A stretch of DNA of 64,000 bases from NCBI GenBank assembly GCA_030141605.1, contig JAQGDQ010000131.1:372001-436000 (forward strand). The letters run 5' to 3'. This document shows, in pieces, positions 11,670-27,113 of this stretch. Below the pieces are notes generated by a model, which worked only from the letters and a program-made list of their open reading frames with translations, was not told where the DNA came from and did no database searches. The DNA is from Tubiluchus corallicola. Its lineage: Eukaryota > Animalia > Priapulida. The position numbers and the translations under genes were made by a program. The stretch's first letter is position 1, and each line of letters starts with the position of its first letter.

Positions 11670-14600
11670 TGTTATAAATTTTGCCAATGTTGATTTTTAT
11701 CCCAAAAAATCATGGAACCACTTAGAGAATATTGATTGCCAAACTGAAATACTATTTAGTTTCTCGTTCCCATGTAACCGTATGGAGACTGGCATTAATT
11801 GGCAGCTAATTAATAATAAATCAAAGTACCGTTTAGATTTGATAACACCGTCTCATTCTCAGGTAAGGCTAAGCAAACTGGCTAATCAATAATAAATCAA
11901 AGTATGTAATAGATATCATGATCACTTCAGTTTTCGTATTAGGTGTCACGTGGTAAATATGATATGCGAAAATGGTTAATGCAGGCATTATGCTGTGTTT
12001 GAGCACAGTGGGCAACTACGAAATATAATTGTTACTGTTATTGTTATTGTTATTGCCATTATTGACACACTACAAACTTTTATCATCCATTCGATGGCAG
12101 AGCATATTTGTGATGTTAATCACCTGGGGCAGGACAAGAATCTAGCTAAATATCACAGAAAGTCTCCGTACATAGTGAATGGAACAAGATATCCAGGCAA
12201 CGTTCAGATGCATGTATATTCTGGCATTATGAAATAAACATCCACCCAGAAGCGATTTTCATGCAGTCACTAACTAACGCGTTTATGCACTTACTAACCA
12301 GGCACAGTGTTGCCTAACTTGGGTTGCTAAGCATATATTGCGACCATTAAGCTACCACTAACGTCATTCTTTTAGTGATTTCATGCTACAAGGCACCATT
12401 CACATTGTCATATTGCTACTTATAATATAATACCGTGCTGGCATACTAACATCTAGTGCCAAATGTCGCAAATTCACTGCATTTAAAACCAGCATAACCA
12501 GCTATTGACCTGGGATACCCACCACTAATAATTGCTAATCTCAAAATTTTACCAAGGGATTGGAATAGAGTTTTAATTTTACACAACTGCAGGTGGAAAA
12601 AGTTGCTGGTTTCCAAAGCAATCAGAGAAAAGTGTGAAAATCAAATTATAATTAGAACTGGGACTAATTGCGACTAGTTTCCATATTGTTGTTAGAAAAT
12701 TCACGTCAAAGAGAAGGCCTTGGACTCTTGGGGTAATCTAAAAGAATACAGAAAATTAATCAATATGCTGCTTGCACATTTTGCTTTGGTCTGTCAATTG
12801 TTGAAGATCGCCGAGATTTCACATCTAGCTTTTTTATGTGGTAGACGATAGAACCTGCTGATAGCAAAGTACCAGTGGGAGATGACAAGATGCTCTTTCT
12901 CAGACTTTCTATCACTGCAGTGTAGACAACCAAAAAAAATTAGGCTTCTCGAGAGCGAGCAAAACAGACAAAAAGATTCACTTAAAGGAAAGCAGGATGA
13001 TTTTTATATCCTACCTCATTTTGAAGTACAGTAAAAAGTCTACATTTAACACCTATAATAATGCCAACGCATTTCTGGTAAATAAATAATAGATTAAAAA
13101 TTTTAATAACGGCGGGCGAGCTCAATTAGTGACGACATCACAAATGAACATAATTCAATAGAACAAGCATTCCAAGAGAGTGCTGCACGTGTTTGTGAAA
13201 TTGAAAATTGAAGTATAGTGTTACTGTACAACATTCAGTGTGACCGAAAAATCTCGTCAAATTTTAAGTTTAACATTCAAATTTCAAGTCTGCGTTTATG
13301 CTCACGCATGAGCTCTCGGACGCACGCACTGCATCACAAGTGAACATCTCTGAACTGAGAGGTACAGCACCCCTTTTTGAGCAATTCGTTTGCAAGATGT
13401 AGGCGCTAGTGGTCATCTAACTAGCGAATGGCGAAATGCATAAAACAGCGAAGAACTAACCGCGCGAACACGATATTACGTTTCTATTATAATAATTCTG
13501 TCACGTAAGTCATTCTTGAAGCGATAGTATGTTCCCTTTCAATATTTTTAGGTTGGATTGTTTTGAGCTATTGTTTGAGATTCGAGAGATACACAAGAAA
13601 CTGAGTGAAAATACAACTAAAAGGGTCAGAATAAAAAAGCGTTTTCTCGTATAACTAAAAAATCTCAAAAAACGAAAATTAAATTTACCATTTCAATAAA
13701 CTTTCTCGTATTTCTAAGTTCTTTAGATCATATTGTTGGTTTAAACATAATTTATTGAAGGTGGAACATCTAGGTTTGAAACAGGCAGTTTTACAACTGA
13801 TATATGAACCATCTTGAACCATATATGAACACCATCATCTATTAATTAGATGCCTCATCGATAGTGAGATCATATTGTTAATATCTTTAGCTCATTATAT
13901 TGTTTTAGGAACTTTATCACCGCATAAGTCGTCTTCAAAATAACATTTTTAATTAAGCACGATGCTGGCACGCAGCGATATCTTTAAGAAAATAAATTGT
14001 TTAAATTGTTACACTTTGAACTTTTTTATTCGCATTAAGCAAGCTTATAGTAAGTTAGGCGAGGAATTTTAGACAAAAAATGTTGTGTAAATAAGCGCAA
14101 GTTCTTCCGAGAAGTTGTTCAAGGGGTGCAACAAAAACACTAGCTTTTGACTTTAGCCTAAAATTATACGCTGCCACTTTTTGGATTTTTAAACTTTTTC
14201 TCGGCTCACGTTCTTTGAACAAGCAGTAGCCACTTGCAAGTAATTAGTAGATTATTGAAAGCAATTACCTCAAGGCTTAATCGCATGGAAAAATTAAAAG
14301 GAGAAAATTACAGAAGATGGACAATGACGAAAACTACAGTGGTGACCGTCACTATCGCTGCAGTCGTCATCGTCCTCGTTTTAAGCGTCGTTTCCCTGGG
14401 ATAATGTTTTTTTCTCCGCTTGATGTCGAGGAACGTAATACACAGCCCAATAATGTGCAAAAGTCCGGGCGTTTATTTCTCTTTTTGTGAATTAATCTCT
14501 TGTCTGCGCACCCGATTTTGGCACACGAGCAAAATTGCTGCAATTTTCAGTTGCGCAACTAAACGTGCAACAAAAAATTGCATATCTGATTGGAATATTA

Positions 14601-15297
14601 ATTTTTCTTTACAATTGCAACAGCAACAGCAATGAATACAGGTGCAATAATTGTTAAAGGCTGTCAGCAGGAGCAAGAGTAGGAATCCAAGTCCCACAAA
14701 ACTTTGTGACAGACAAAATTTGTCACTACTATTTTATTCTTTGCACTGTTACAAACAAGTATATGCCTAGTGTGGTAACATTCAGGCTTGTTCCAGAATT
14801 TCAAATGTTTAAATTTTGTTAACGGTTTCATAGCGGCGAGTTGCTGATTCTGTAACAATGCCTGTAAGTTTTCTGCAGGAACAAGGGGATGACTTAAAAA
14901 AGCTTTAAAATTGTTAACAAAACATTGTTGACGACCGGCCAATTTTCGTCAACTATATCTTTCACAATGACTCCTTACTGCTGCTACCGTTCAGATGCAC
15001 AAAACATTATTTGGCCAAATTTTCTCAAATTTCATTCTCATTATACGTGGCGAGTAAAAACGTTGGATAAATACCGAGGTTTCAAGTTCTACAAGAAAAT
15101 TGGAGAATTTTCACATTTTTGCCATTTGAAAATGTGTTATTCTGACTCGTACGTCAGCATTACAATGCATATCGCAATTGTCCTAATTAGACTTCCTCTA
15201 TAGCGTGGATGATTTAAGCCGAAAATAGCTGTTTAAGCATCATCCAGCAAATTTCCATGGTTTCGGTTTAATAAGTGAAACTCCCTTCGAACGCTGC

Positions 15298-15740
<443 letters not shown>

Positions 15741-16168
15741 CCACTCACTGTTTTTGCTCGAGCGAATAATAACGCAAATTTTATGGTTTAATGTTAGCGA
15801 ATGGAATAAATGCGTTGATATGCAACAGTGTTTTGGTGATGTAACAGTAGTGTAGTGTTGACCGTGTAATGAAATTTGTTCTTGAATTTTTTTGGTATAT
15901 ACTCCGTTTACGAAAAAGTTATTAAAGTGAGCGCATCGCATTTCAAAATGCAGGTAATGTGTGACTGGCTGTGGCTAAGATCTGGCTCGCACGTGTAGTG
16001 GATTAGTGTCTACTATTAGCACTCCGTTTCCAGGACTCGGTATAATCTACACATAAACAGATAAGTAAAAAAGTAAGTCAGTATTTTTGTTACCTAATAT
16101 GTGATTATATCTGTAATATTCATATATAATCTGAATGAATATTTTATTATGTTTAATTTATTTTCAAA

Positions 16169-16305
16169 TGTGTGTTTTATATCTGATTTTTGCACATTTT
16201 AACTTGTTTTTAATGATTATTTATATTCCCCTATTCACTTCTCTAGCATGGTCCAGCAGGCAGTTAGCTGTTTGGAGATTAAGTGTCCTGTTGCTAATCC
16301 TGGCA
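16169..16305 (+). repeat. Dispersed repeat copy 1 (retroposon 3'-UTR-like)
   Basis: tgtgtgttttatatctgatttttg...ccagcaggcagttagctgtttggagattaagtgtcctg aligns with 58982-59105. Confidence 0.75.
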
Positions 16306-19300
16306 ATCCCGGGAAATTTTCCAAATAAAGGAAAAGTTGTATCAACTTTCTTGTAAAAGACATCTGTGAAGAGTCTGGACGAAAGCTATCCACCAGAACG
16401 GTTTAATTTAAACTTAGCTTTAAAAAACATTATTATTGCTGAAAAAGTTGATTTGACACTGTTACACCTAATACTGATCAACCCTTTCTCAACTGTGACT
16501 GGAAAGTACAAACTGTGTTTCTTCCAAGTTTTTCTTCCATAACATTCGCACAGGCTTAGACCTATACTAGGCCTTCTTACTTTGAACTGCATGCTCTACA
16601 CCTACACAAGACTTACAAGCATTCAACTACACGTACATGGTAAATACTTTGTGGATCTTCGCATCTCATAAAGTCGTAAAACAACTAGGATGGTTCAACG
16701 CGAAGCAAGACCAGTCATCTTCACTGCTTTGTTGGCATCAGCATTGTATGGTAAATAATGATCGACAGACAGATAGGTGAGATAGGAGAAAGAAAGAAGG
16801 ACAAACTATGTAAATTACTCGCTTTTGGTGTTTTCATGCTGACCTGATTGTTGTGTTGGTTTTTACAAAAACTCTTTCCAATTCAAAATTTAATTTAATT
16901 TATTTTATTCACACGCAGAGGTGTGAAATGTTTAACCGCAGGTTGTTTAGAAAGCTTATTTAAAATATACTTTAAAATTCCTTTTTTCTTCCCATTTAAG
17001 TTTACACAGTCTTGTTTTGTTGCAGGTTACTCATCATTCCTATCATCGTTATCGACATCATTATCACTGTTACCAACACTACTATCATCATTATCATGGC
17101 CATTCTTTCATCGTCGCTGTTACCGTCACCATCTTCCAGATGTCCTGCTGCGTTTTTCCACTTGCAAGGGATGCGAAACTGTTTAAAATGGCTGAACTGT
17201 GAGGACTTAATGAAAGTTAAATTGAAGAAGAAAGATTTTGCCCTGGGTAGCTTAAAAACGATAATTATTAATTAATACATTTTTACAAAGCCATTTCAAC
17301 GAGATCTTGTGCTTTCCATCATCACTAGTGTCATCTAGCTCAGAAACTAACAGCAAATTATAAAATATTTAAAAGCACACACGAAACCATTCTTAGACAG
17401 ATCTGACATTTAATTCTGCACTAGCTAGAAGAATCGAAAAGCGAATTTAAATGATTTAGTAAATATAATTAAAGATTGTGTTGTTTTATGTCATGCTTTT
17501 GTACATGCCCGTTAACTTCTGAACTGCTAACACAACCTGTCGTGAAAAGTTTGCACAGTAAAGAATATTTTACTATTGAAAAAAGACTTTACTTAATTGT
17601 GAAGTTGGCGTATCACAATTAACTCTAATTTGATTTAGTTTAATTTATAGTTATATTATTATAATCTAGTTACGATGATGGGCCATTGTGTACCTGATTA
17701 GAAGAACTGCTGGACAGTCGGCAATGAATCCTAAAACGAACAAACAAATTTGTAATTATGTGATTATGTGATTCTTTTTCGTTAATTTAAAATTATTACA
17801 ATCACATTAGCATAGTAGTATTTCTCATATTTTACAAGACAAAATTAGTTAACCATTTGATCAAGTGAATTTGGTCAAAAGTTGTCGGATCTGGTGAATA
17901 CTAAGCCTTTTGGTAATATACTGTACTAAACATTGATATGCTAGAAAGACTATACCATGACCAGAAAATATTTTAACTCCACATTACATATCATTCTGCA
18001 GAAAGAAATCAATTTTTAAAAAAAGCACTGTAAGGATTGAAAGTCTTGTGCCCATTTTAGCAAATAAATTAAGCAGTCACAGTTAGTCAATTAATAATTT
18101 AGGTCAGGCCGAGTTTAAAGCCACTTTAGTAATTTAAGAATGGAAAATGACTTAATGCTATTTAACCGAAGTAAACTAGCTGCTTCTTAGAGTGCTTGTT
18201 GGCTTAAATGAGGCAAAAATGTTGAAAATTAAAAGTGTCCAAGTAACAATTATGGAAATGTATCAGAAAAAATCGCTCACTTCATTATGGTCCAGTCCCA
18301 CTTTCAGAAAAGTGGAACCCTGGGGGCGTTTTTTTCTAAAAGTGAGCAACTAGCCAGTCTTATCAAACTGATTATGCTGAATTAGTTATGTTAAATAGTT
18401 ATGAATAATTATGTTAAATCAGAAATGGTGGTCAAGTATTTGACTACATTGATTCCATACTGTCTTTTGAATGCTGGAGTTGAAGAGAAGAGAAATTTTA
18501 CAGTTCTGAGAAACTCTTGCATTTGCGACTGTAGCTCCTCCGCTGACATATTGACGCTTTCACATTGCGTCATCTCATGGGGGTTGAGCTACGGTGTGGC
18601 AAATTCGCCAATAAAATAAGTTCCAATCAGTAATGAATACCAATAATTAAAAGACACGTTCGTGACAAATTTATTTTTGCAGCCAAAGCAAAATTATTGC
18701 GGAAATGTTAATAATTTGAATACCGAGCACAATACTAATTCAATGTATTGAGTTTTATATGAGAAATTTAATGTTTTTGTTTTAAATCATCTTACTAAAC
18801 AGTTAAGAATGAATGTTGTTGATTACGTAGTTGGCTGGGCAACCAACTAACCAGCCAACGAACGAAGAACGAACAAACCAACCAAACAGCAAGCTAGACC
18901 AGTCAGTCATTCATATGTTTAATCATTCACTTAGAACTTAGATGGACATATTGTCAGTAAGCCAGCCAGAAACAGTCGAGAATTGGTTGGTTTATCGGTT
19001 AGATGGTCACACGATCATCAAATCAGATTAGACTAACACTCAGTTTAGAAAGTTAGTTGATTAATGAATACTATGATCGACTGTAGATGTTTTATCCTTT
19101 GTAGGCAAAGGAAGTTTATACGCTTTATAGGTCCACTAGTCTGTCATACTTACGAATTCAATCATTATAGAGGAATGATACTTCGTCCTTAACGAAAAAC
19201 GTTGAAAAATACACTTAGCTTGCTATGCAAGTAAACCAATAATATGAGTATAAAATCAACTCATATTATAATAGATGTGATTTCGCCATAAAAAATTATA

Positions 19301-21397
19301 AGATCATAAAGTGATAAAGAAATTACAATAACTATAGAAGAATTATATAAAACTAAGGGTATGCACCATTTACAGACATTTCATGCTACATTATCAAAAT
19401 AAACAAAATACATTATGTACTAGTTAGTGACGTAATGGCTCAGTACTTACGTCATTTTGTGTAAATTTTTGTAAGAAGTTGCGCTCATCGTAGACTGCCT
19501 GCTCTATTGATAAACCGGTTCTCTAAATGTGCAGCTTGTTGAATTCGGTTGTCCGCCAAGTCGATGCTCTTAAAACAAAAGCAGTCTTCTGGCATCATTA
19601 TAAAGAATTTTTTACTAAAATTTTCTCTCTAAATTACTCGAACGATGCAACTGAATTGTCAAAATCCGTGCTGTCAAAAAGCTTAGTCAATTAAATAAAT
19701 TAACGGTTGAACGAACTAGCTAATAATTTTGTAACAGAATAAAACCTAAATTCGACAAAACTTAAAATAATAGCATAGATTACACTGTAAAGGTCAACTG
19801 TAGACGTAAATAAAAAGAGTTTGACAATGCAATAATTAATTATAATATTTTATCTACAGATGCTCGATAGGTTTATAGTCCATTTCACTTACCTTTCAAT
19901 ATAATGTTTAGAAATCCGTGAGAATACGTAAAAGAAAAGGCCTGAGTAGCACCTTTACTTGCTTCAAAACTTAACAAAGCATTGACATCCACTGTTTCAG
20001 TAGAAGATATAAAACTGTCGCAGTCGTAAGTTGACTTAATGATTAATGATTTTTTTAATGATTTGATAGATTTATTTCGCAGTAAACATATACATATACA
20101 TTACATGTGCATCGATAATCAGTTTTTGTTAATACAAAAATATGATACAATTCATGATTTCTGCGCTAGAGACCTTAGAAGCTAGCTTATGGTAGGCCAC
20201 TAGACTTAAATCTGAGCTTCGCTGCGTTGACTCCCTAGTTATATAGGTACATGCCTACAATTCGTTTTGGGGATCCCTATAGGCTACTTGTTTGTTTAAA
20301 ATGGCTGAGCTTAACAGTCATCCCGGTAGTTTAAACTTGTAACTTTTATTACATTGCTGCTAAAACAAGCCCGGGCGCAATAACACAGCATGTAAGTGAT
20401 AAAAAATTTCAAAACGAATTTTTAAGCCTTTTTATGGAGAGTGTTTTCTTGTCCTTTAATAGGTAGCTATAAGGGTTTTTAATTATCTCGTTAGGTTCAA
20501 TTTATGGAAGCTTACAGCCACGTTTTCTTTGAAGAAATCGGTTTACAGCGTTCAAGAGACTGCAGCAAATGATGCTACAAATCTGGCTTCAAACGAACCA
20601 TGTTTTGCCGAAACCCGCAGTGCAAATCTTTTCTCTCGTGCTGAAGAAATCTAATATGTCGCACTTCCGATGCGTTGAAGATGCTGACGCGCGGTAAGAG
20701 AGAAAGGTGTGATGATCAATACAGGAAATGAAACTGAAAGAACATAGCCCTACACCGGCAACTCAAGCTGAGCATACCTGCATGTAAGCTTTTATTGAAC
20801 GTGTCTGAAATATTACTGCAACAATTCTGAGAAACTTGAATGTATAAGAAGCCCCCAAAACTATGCCGCGTTTCTGACGTGATAACCCATTTTCACTCAT
20901 TAATGAATCAACTGATCGAACAGAAGATCTTTTATAGGCGTATGTGCACACTGATCTGCAACGTACGGCAACGGCGAGCGCTATTGATCCGGCGACGGTA
21001 AATCTAGAATGTGTAAATAGAGCCGTAACTCTAAACAAAATTGGTAAGCTTTAGATCGGCGAAAAATAGTCCGTGCATTTGCTCACATTCAAAATTCCTA
21101 AAAACTGCATATGCGGGCGCATGTGTATGCACCTTAAACTTTAGTTTTTCTTTCGTGACAAAAATGTTACCGTCTCGCAATCATATGAACATCAATTTTT
21201 AATTTCCTTGCTGCACAATGCCACCCCCCACCGCCGAAGTTTATTGATGATGTGTCACTTCACACTACCCGACTGACTTCGTCTCACATGTTCGAAAAAG
21301 TCACTAAAGTTACTATAATTTTATAATTAAACATACGCGCTTCGTATCATGCTCCTGTGTCTATGGCATTTGTATGAATACCGAAACGTTATTCCAA

Positions 21398-21779
21398 CAG
21401 AGGCGTATAGCCTAGGCCGCCAAAGTTTGAGGACGTCACATTTTAGAAAAAATTCTCATTCTCCTCGGAAAATGTGTATACTTCCATATTCATGTAAAGG
21501 GCGTATTTTATAACACACCACAGGCAGTTGCCGAACGGAGCTTTTATATAAATGCCACATAACGAACAAGTGCAAGGTGTTACACAACAAGCAGCTGCGC
21601 TCGAATACAAGAGATATGCAAACACATATAATTAATAACTACCACGTAGAAACTAGATTAATAGTGTTTCTAATACACCACAAGTAATTGTTTAGTCTGC
21701 TCATTAAATTAATTTTCAATAGAGATGGGCAGGACAGAACTATCATCCTAGGGCGTTGTAAACTGCTGATACGCCCCTG
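21398..21779. mobile_element. hAT-like MITE
   Basis: Termini cagaggcgtatagc / gctgatacgcccctg (CAG...CTG imperfect TIR). The target-site duplication is only weakly preserved. Confidence 0.45.
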
Positions 21780-22361
21780 TAGGCAAATGAAGATGTTTAT
21801 TTTCCTACGTGTAAAGCCATATTTCCCTCTTTGCCTTTAAGAACAGTTTTTTAAAGGTATTAAAGTTACTGTACACATGTATGATGCATTAGCTCATTTT
21901 TCTGCACAACACCTGGCTGCTATTCTCAAAATGATTTCAACATGAAGTGTTGTGCACAAAGCAGTTCATGCACGACAGTTTTATGCGTCTTGTGATTATG
22001 ATTTTACAACATTTCTAGCTAATCTGCAAACGTGACATTTGCATCCTGTCATTGCGCTCGTAATAATTAATTTCTTTTTCATAATATGCCAGCGACCATT
22101 TTATCTTGTTACAACATTTCACGTTTCACGGAATCATCTCTTTCTGTGCTTTCTGTATGGCTTTTTGAGCTTCGGTAAATGGCAGAATTTAACGTAATTA
22201 CTGTTTTCACAAATTCCTCGAGATCTGTACATGACAAATCCCCAGAAACCATCACTATTTTTGCTAATTGAAACTAAATTGATCAGTGCTGTCGTCTAAA
22301 TGCGCAGAATGCTTTTTATATGGCGATGATGCAGAAATAAACTAATGCAGTACGTAGTTAT

Positions 22362-22756
22362 AACTACTGCTGTTGCTCAGCAACAGCAATAGCAGCACCA
22401 GCAAAGCAGCAGAGTAGCAGCTGCAGCAACAACAGCAGCAGCAGCAACAACAACAACGGCAAAACAATAGTAACAGCAGCAGTAACAACAACAGCAACAT
22501 TATCATTATCAGCGCCGATAACAACAACAACAAAATAACAACGACAATAATGACAATGACGACGTCAACAACAATGATAACAACAAAAACAGCAACAGCA
22601 GTAGCAGCACCAACAGTAACAGCAACAGCAGCAGCAACGATAACAATGACAACAACAACAACGTCGACGACGACGACAATGATAACAACAGAAACAACAA
22701 CAACAGCACCAGCTTCAACAAGAACAAGAACAACAACATCATCATCAACAACAACA

Positions 22757-22789
<33 letters not shown>

Positions 22790-22794
22790 ACTAT

Positions 22795-22859
<65 letters not shown>

Positions 22860-22902
22860 ACTACCCATCACCGCCACCGCCGCCACCACCACCGCCGCCA
22901 CC
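22362..22902. repeat. Compound trinucleotide microsatellite (CAG/CAA/GAC/TGC/TAC/CCR)
   Basis: Directly visible successive trinucleotide runs. Confidence 0.95.
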
Positions 22903-25900
22903 ATGGGATCTGGCAAAATTGCATAAGAGTTTCATTGACTTCAATTTTTCTTAATTTTTTCTTGTTTTAACTCAGATGTTACATGTTCAGGCAAGTAATT
23001 GACTGTCGCATAAAAGTTCTAAGTCAATTAACATTAAAAATGTATGACACAAATGCAATTCGCGGACAGTCCTTGCGGCTAATTCTGCAAGCTTTAAAAT
23101 CTTATCCTTGAGACGAAACACTTAAACAACCTCCTCACGATAATTTTTCCGTAAGTCGAAGCAATATTCCAATGACGTGTGTAATAATGCCATACAAGAT
23201 AAAACATTATTTTTCCAGGAAGCAAGAGACACGAGAAGAGTGTGCAATCAGTAATCATGTTAGCGCAATAATGTACTACGTTATTCAATTTTCCAATTTC
23301 GTCATGGTCACACGAAAAAGTCTACAACTTATAGTGCCTACGCCGAACTGATGACATTGATAATTTCCAGATAACAAAAACTTTCCTCTTAGATTGCGTC
23401 ATATGTTTTGACTTTGATGGTGACGTCAAAAGAATGAAAGCCTCAATAACTAGGAAACTGTGAATTATAACACTTTATCTACCGTTTAGCAGCTAGAGCG
23501 CGAGAGAGATTGCATCAATAAGAAGTCAGCCAGCAGAAAATATTTTACTCAACTATAATTAACGTGTAACTTGTATTCCCTACGTATTACATATATTAGT
23601 TAAATAAGAAAAGTACAATGTATACTCAAAGTTTCAAACAATAAACACGAGTTAGTTAATAGAAAATAGTTTTTTAACTTGCTTGTATGTAGCTTACTAT
23701 ATTTGTAATGGCCTTATTTTCACCATATTTTATTGTAAACATTTTAACTAATTTCTTGAGCGTAATTTCAATTATAAATTTCATATCAGAAATAAAGGTT
23801 AACTTATTTAGCCAGTGACGTTTTCGCGTAAAACAGTGAGTTACATCAATTTGAAATCATTCGAAACTGTGATAGACCCAAGATTTATCGAGGTTTTAAT
23901 AGCAGAGCATGTACGAAGCACCCATCATCTTTTCTTGCATGTTTCAGAAAACATCATACAAGGTACAGTAAAATTTGGTAACACTTGAGTGTGACGCACA
24001 ACGGTGACGAAGCTCATTTTCCAAGTGACAGGAAAACGCGTTAATTGAAGAGATGTGGGCGATTCACAGACAGCCGTTGCCGTTACGTTGACGGTTACTT
24101 TGGATGAGATGAATCTGCTGAAAAGTGACAAAAACGAATTCTCCTCGATAAACAGCTATACGGCCTGATTTCATTATGCACTATGCAGTGACGTCTTTAC
24201 TAGATATCTTTACTTGTTTTAGTCTTTCAGGACAACCACTCATTTCACGACAATGACATTAGCTGCAAGATCTTATCAAATTTGGTTAACTATATGTATT
24301 ATAAAGGCGAACAACAAGCTTTCTCGAGATGATAGGATTAGTACAGTGGACACCACATGATTAACTGATTATACATCCTCTGGGATGGACAAACATTGCA
24401 GCATATATCAAATTCTTCTCTTATGACCCAAATTGTACAGCCTCATTAAAGATTCCTTGACAGAGGTAAAGTTATGTAGTACAGTACCTTGTGACTAGGC
24501 TGCTCCTCTGTAATGGGACTATCTCGTATGAGAAGTCACTTGAATACCCTCGCATGATACATCTAATATCGTGTTACTAGATATTACTACAAGCAACCAA
24601 CCTGCCAGTCAATCAGCGAACCAGTCTGCCAACCAACCAACCAACCGAGAGTCGGGTCAATTTAGATTGAAAGCATCGCTTTAACATGGTGAACTTAACG
24701 AGAACCACAATAACATCACCCTTTGTAGGTATTTCTTTACTACGCAAGAGAGTAAACCAACAACACTAGTTGAACGGGCAAATAATGAGTCAAAATAAAT
24801 GTAGCAGTGTGGCAGTTTTAGTGCTAGTTAATGTGGGCAGTTGATCTTTTTAATGCTTCAGTTCACGGAATGAGAAATTGAATGACTTCCTAGAAACTCT
24901 TTGGACTTTACATTTCCTCAAAGGCGATATTCACGTTAAAAATTAATTTGCAGCAGATTGTTTTACTAGAAAAATAAATGAACGATAAAAACTAATGTAC
25001 TGTGCATTCAGCTAGTAGCTTCTATCTATTATCTACTAATTCATATAACTTTTATTTATACATTGTAAATTAAGAAGAGGAGACGGGGCGCTACTTCATC
25101 CACAAAATTGTGCCTTCAGAAAATAGCATTAAACTTTACCCAGCTTGTAAGTAACCTAATGTATGTATATCTAAACAAGGTACATATAAAAAAGCCAGCG
25201 TCGTGTTCTGTTAGTCATTTAGTCACGATTCTCATTAAGATTCTTCAGTGAGTTAAATGAGAGTATAGACTTACCAACAATCTTCACAGTTGACAGGCTA
25301 ACGCATTTTCAACGTTATGAGCAATCTGAGCAGTTGACAACTGAGACGTTTTCAAAATTAAGGCGTTTCAAATTACTTGTCTCTGAACTTGAATGTTAGA
25401 ACAGTATGCTTTAAAACCACAAACTAGGTTTTCTCTCCTCTTTTTACTCTTAGTGACATTCAGTTTGCTGAGTTGGCTTATAGGGGAGATACAACTCATG
25501 GCTGATGTATTTGAGACAATTGTCACGAATAATCAAAATAAGCAAAATCCATTTTAAAGTTAATAAATGGAAACATGGTATCACATTACGATGATCGCAC
25601 TAATATTGTTTATTACAGCAGTCCCAAATTAGACATTTTCTAATTAAACCTCCTGCACTATTTTAATGAAGTACAGACTAATTGAAGCAATCTATAAATT
25701 GCCAAGATTGTTAATTCGTGGCGTCAAAACCAACAGATTTTTTCAAGCAACACAGTTAATTAACGCTATTGAAAAGTAGCTAATTAAGAGCCAAAGCGTT
25801 GCTGAAAGACCCGTTTGTTTGCTGCATTAATTAGGCGAAGCTGCGTCATCACGTGTCAAATCATGCAGGTCTTAACTTGACACGAGTTTGCAATTGACGG

Positions 25901-27113
25901 TTTAAAACACTTGCAATTTTCTTAAAGAAGTCTGCTTAAGACAGCACCATTTAAAATCATAAACTCGTACTATTGAGATGGAAGAGCTGCGAAATGTTGT
26001 AAGTTTATTATTTTTAAAAGATGAAGCCAACACGATGTTCACAATCACGAGGGGTGAAAATATTCGAAAGCAATAAAATCATTTCACCTCACAAGAGCTT
26101 TATAACCCAACAGGAGTTTACTTTACTTGACGCTTGTAACTATAACTGAATATTTAAAAGTGATTATAGGGCGTGTTAAAAACTTCCAAAGGTATTACAT
26201 GTATGTTTAGAAAAATTCTACATTAAAGTATGCATTATTAATGAGACAGCTGTAAATAGCTTGTTGCACTATTAGCCATGGCTTTTGTTTTTTATGAGTT
26301 TATTATTGTGATTCTGCCTGGTGCTGTCCAAGGACCTCAATTGCAAGTGTTTGAAACCAAGATGTTATGACACAGATGAGGTGTAAAACCTAACAAAAGA
26401 CTAATATTAACAATAAAAAATACAATATAGCTAGTACAAGTATGATGCTACCATACATCACTATAATATACGACATATTTAATATTGACTTCTCTTGACG
26501 TACAAAACTGCAACACACAGTTAAGATAATAACAAGGAACAAAATTTGTTTATTTAACATAGTTTAGCCACAAAACAACAAGAATGAAATTCTGCACAAA
26601 ATTTACAGTCTCGGTGAGTATTTTGTATCACATAATTTTGTTTTTGGTTTTAACAAACGTACCATTCTCTGCCAAACAAAACATGCGAAATGTTTCCAGT
26701 AAACCAACACCGTACAAACAAGTGTATTATCAAAATGAAGCAATTTCTGCTCCGTGACTAGAGTGTGACCAAGTCTAGGCCGTATTACGATAAAATTAAT
26801 AAATAATACCATGAAACAATGCACAGAGAAAAAGTGTGCGTTGTAAGGTGGTACAAACTACAGAAATAGAACCAAACACGAGGCGGCAAAAGGAAACTCG
26901 TATATTCAGTTTATACTGTAGGCCAAACTAAATGCCCACATTCCCTCCATATACAATATAAATGTACCAATCTAAATGAGGTAGAAAATCAATGAATGTA
27001 ATCAGTTAGTGACAATGACAGCAGCAAAGAAATTATGTTTTCAAGCAGGTACTATAATTATGTACGCAAGATGTGCTTGTAACAAAACATGGACGAAGGC
27101 AACCACATGACTT

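Noticed and set aside
14473-14697. Signal-peptide-like, Cys-rich ORF (MGLGFLLLLLLTA...CCCCC)
   Set aside because: GTG start with an in-frame stop shortly upstream. The Cys run comes from a TGY repeat, and its possible donor phase does not match the PAN segment.
22342-22954. Mucin-like poly-Thr/Pro and poly-Leu ORFs
   Set aside because: Translations of a compound trinucleotide microsatellite, with no supporting exon structure.
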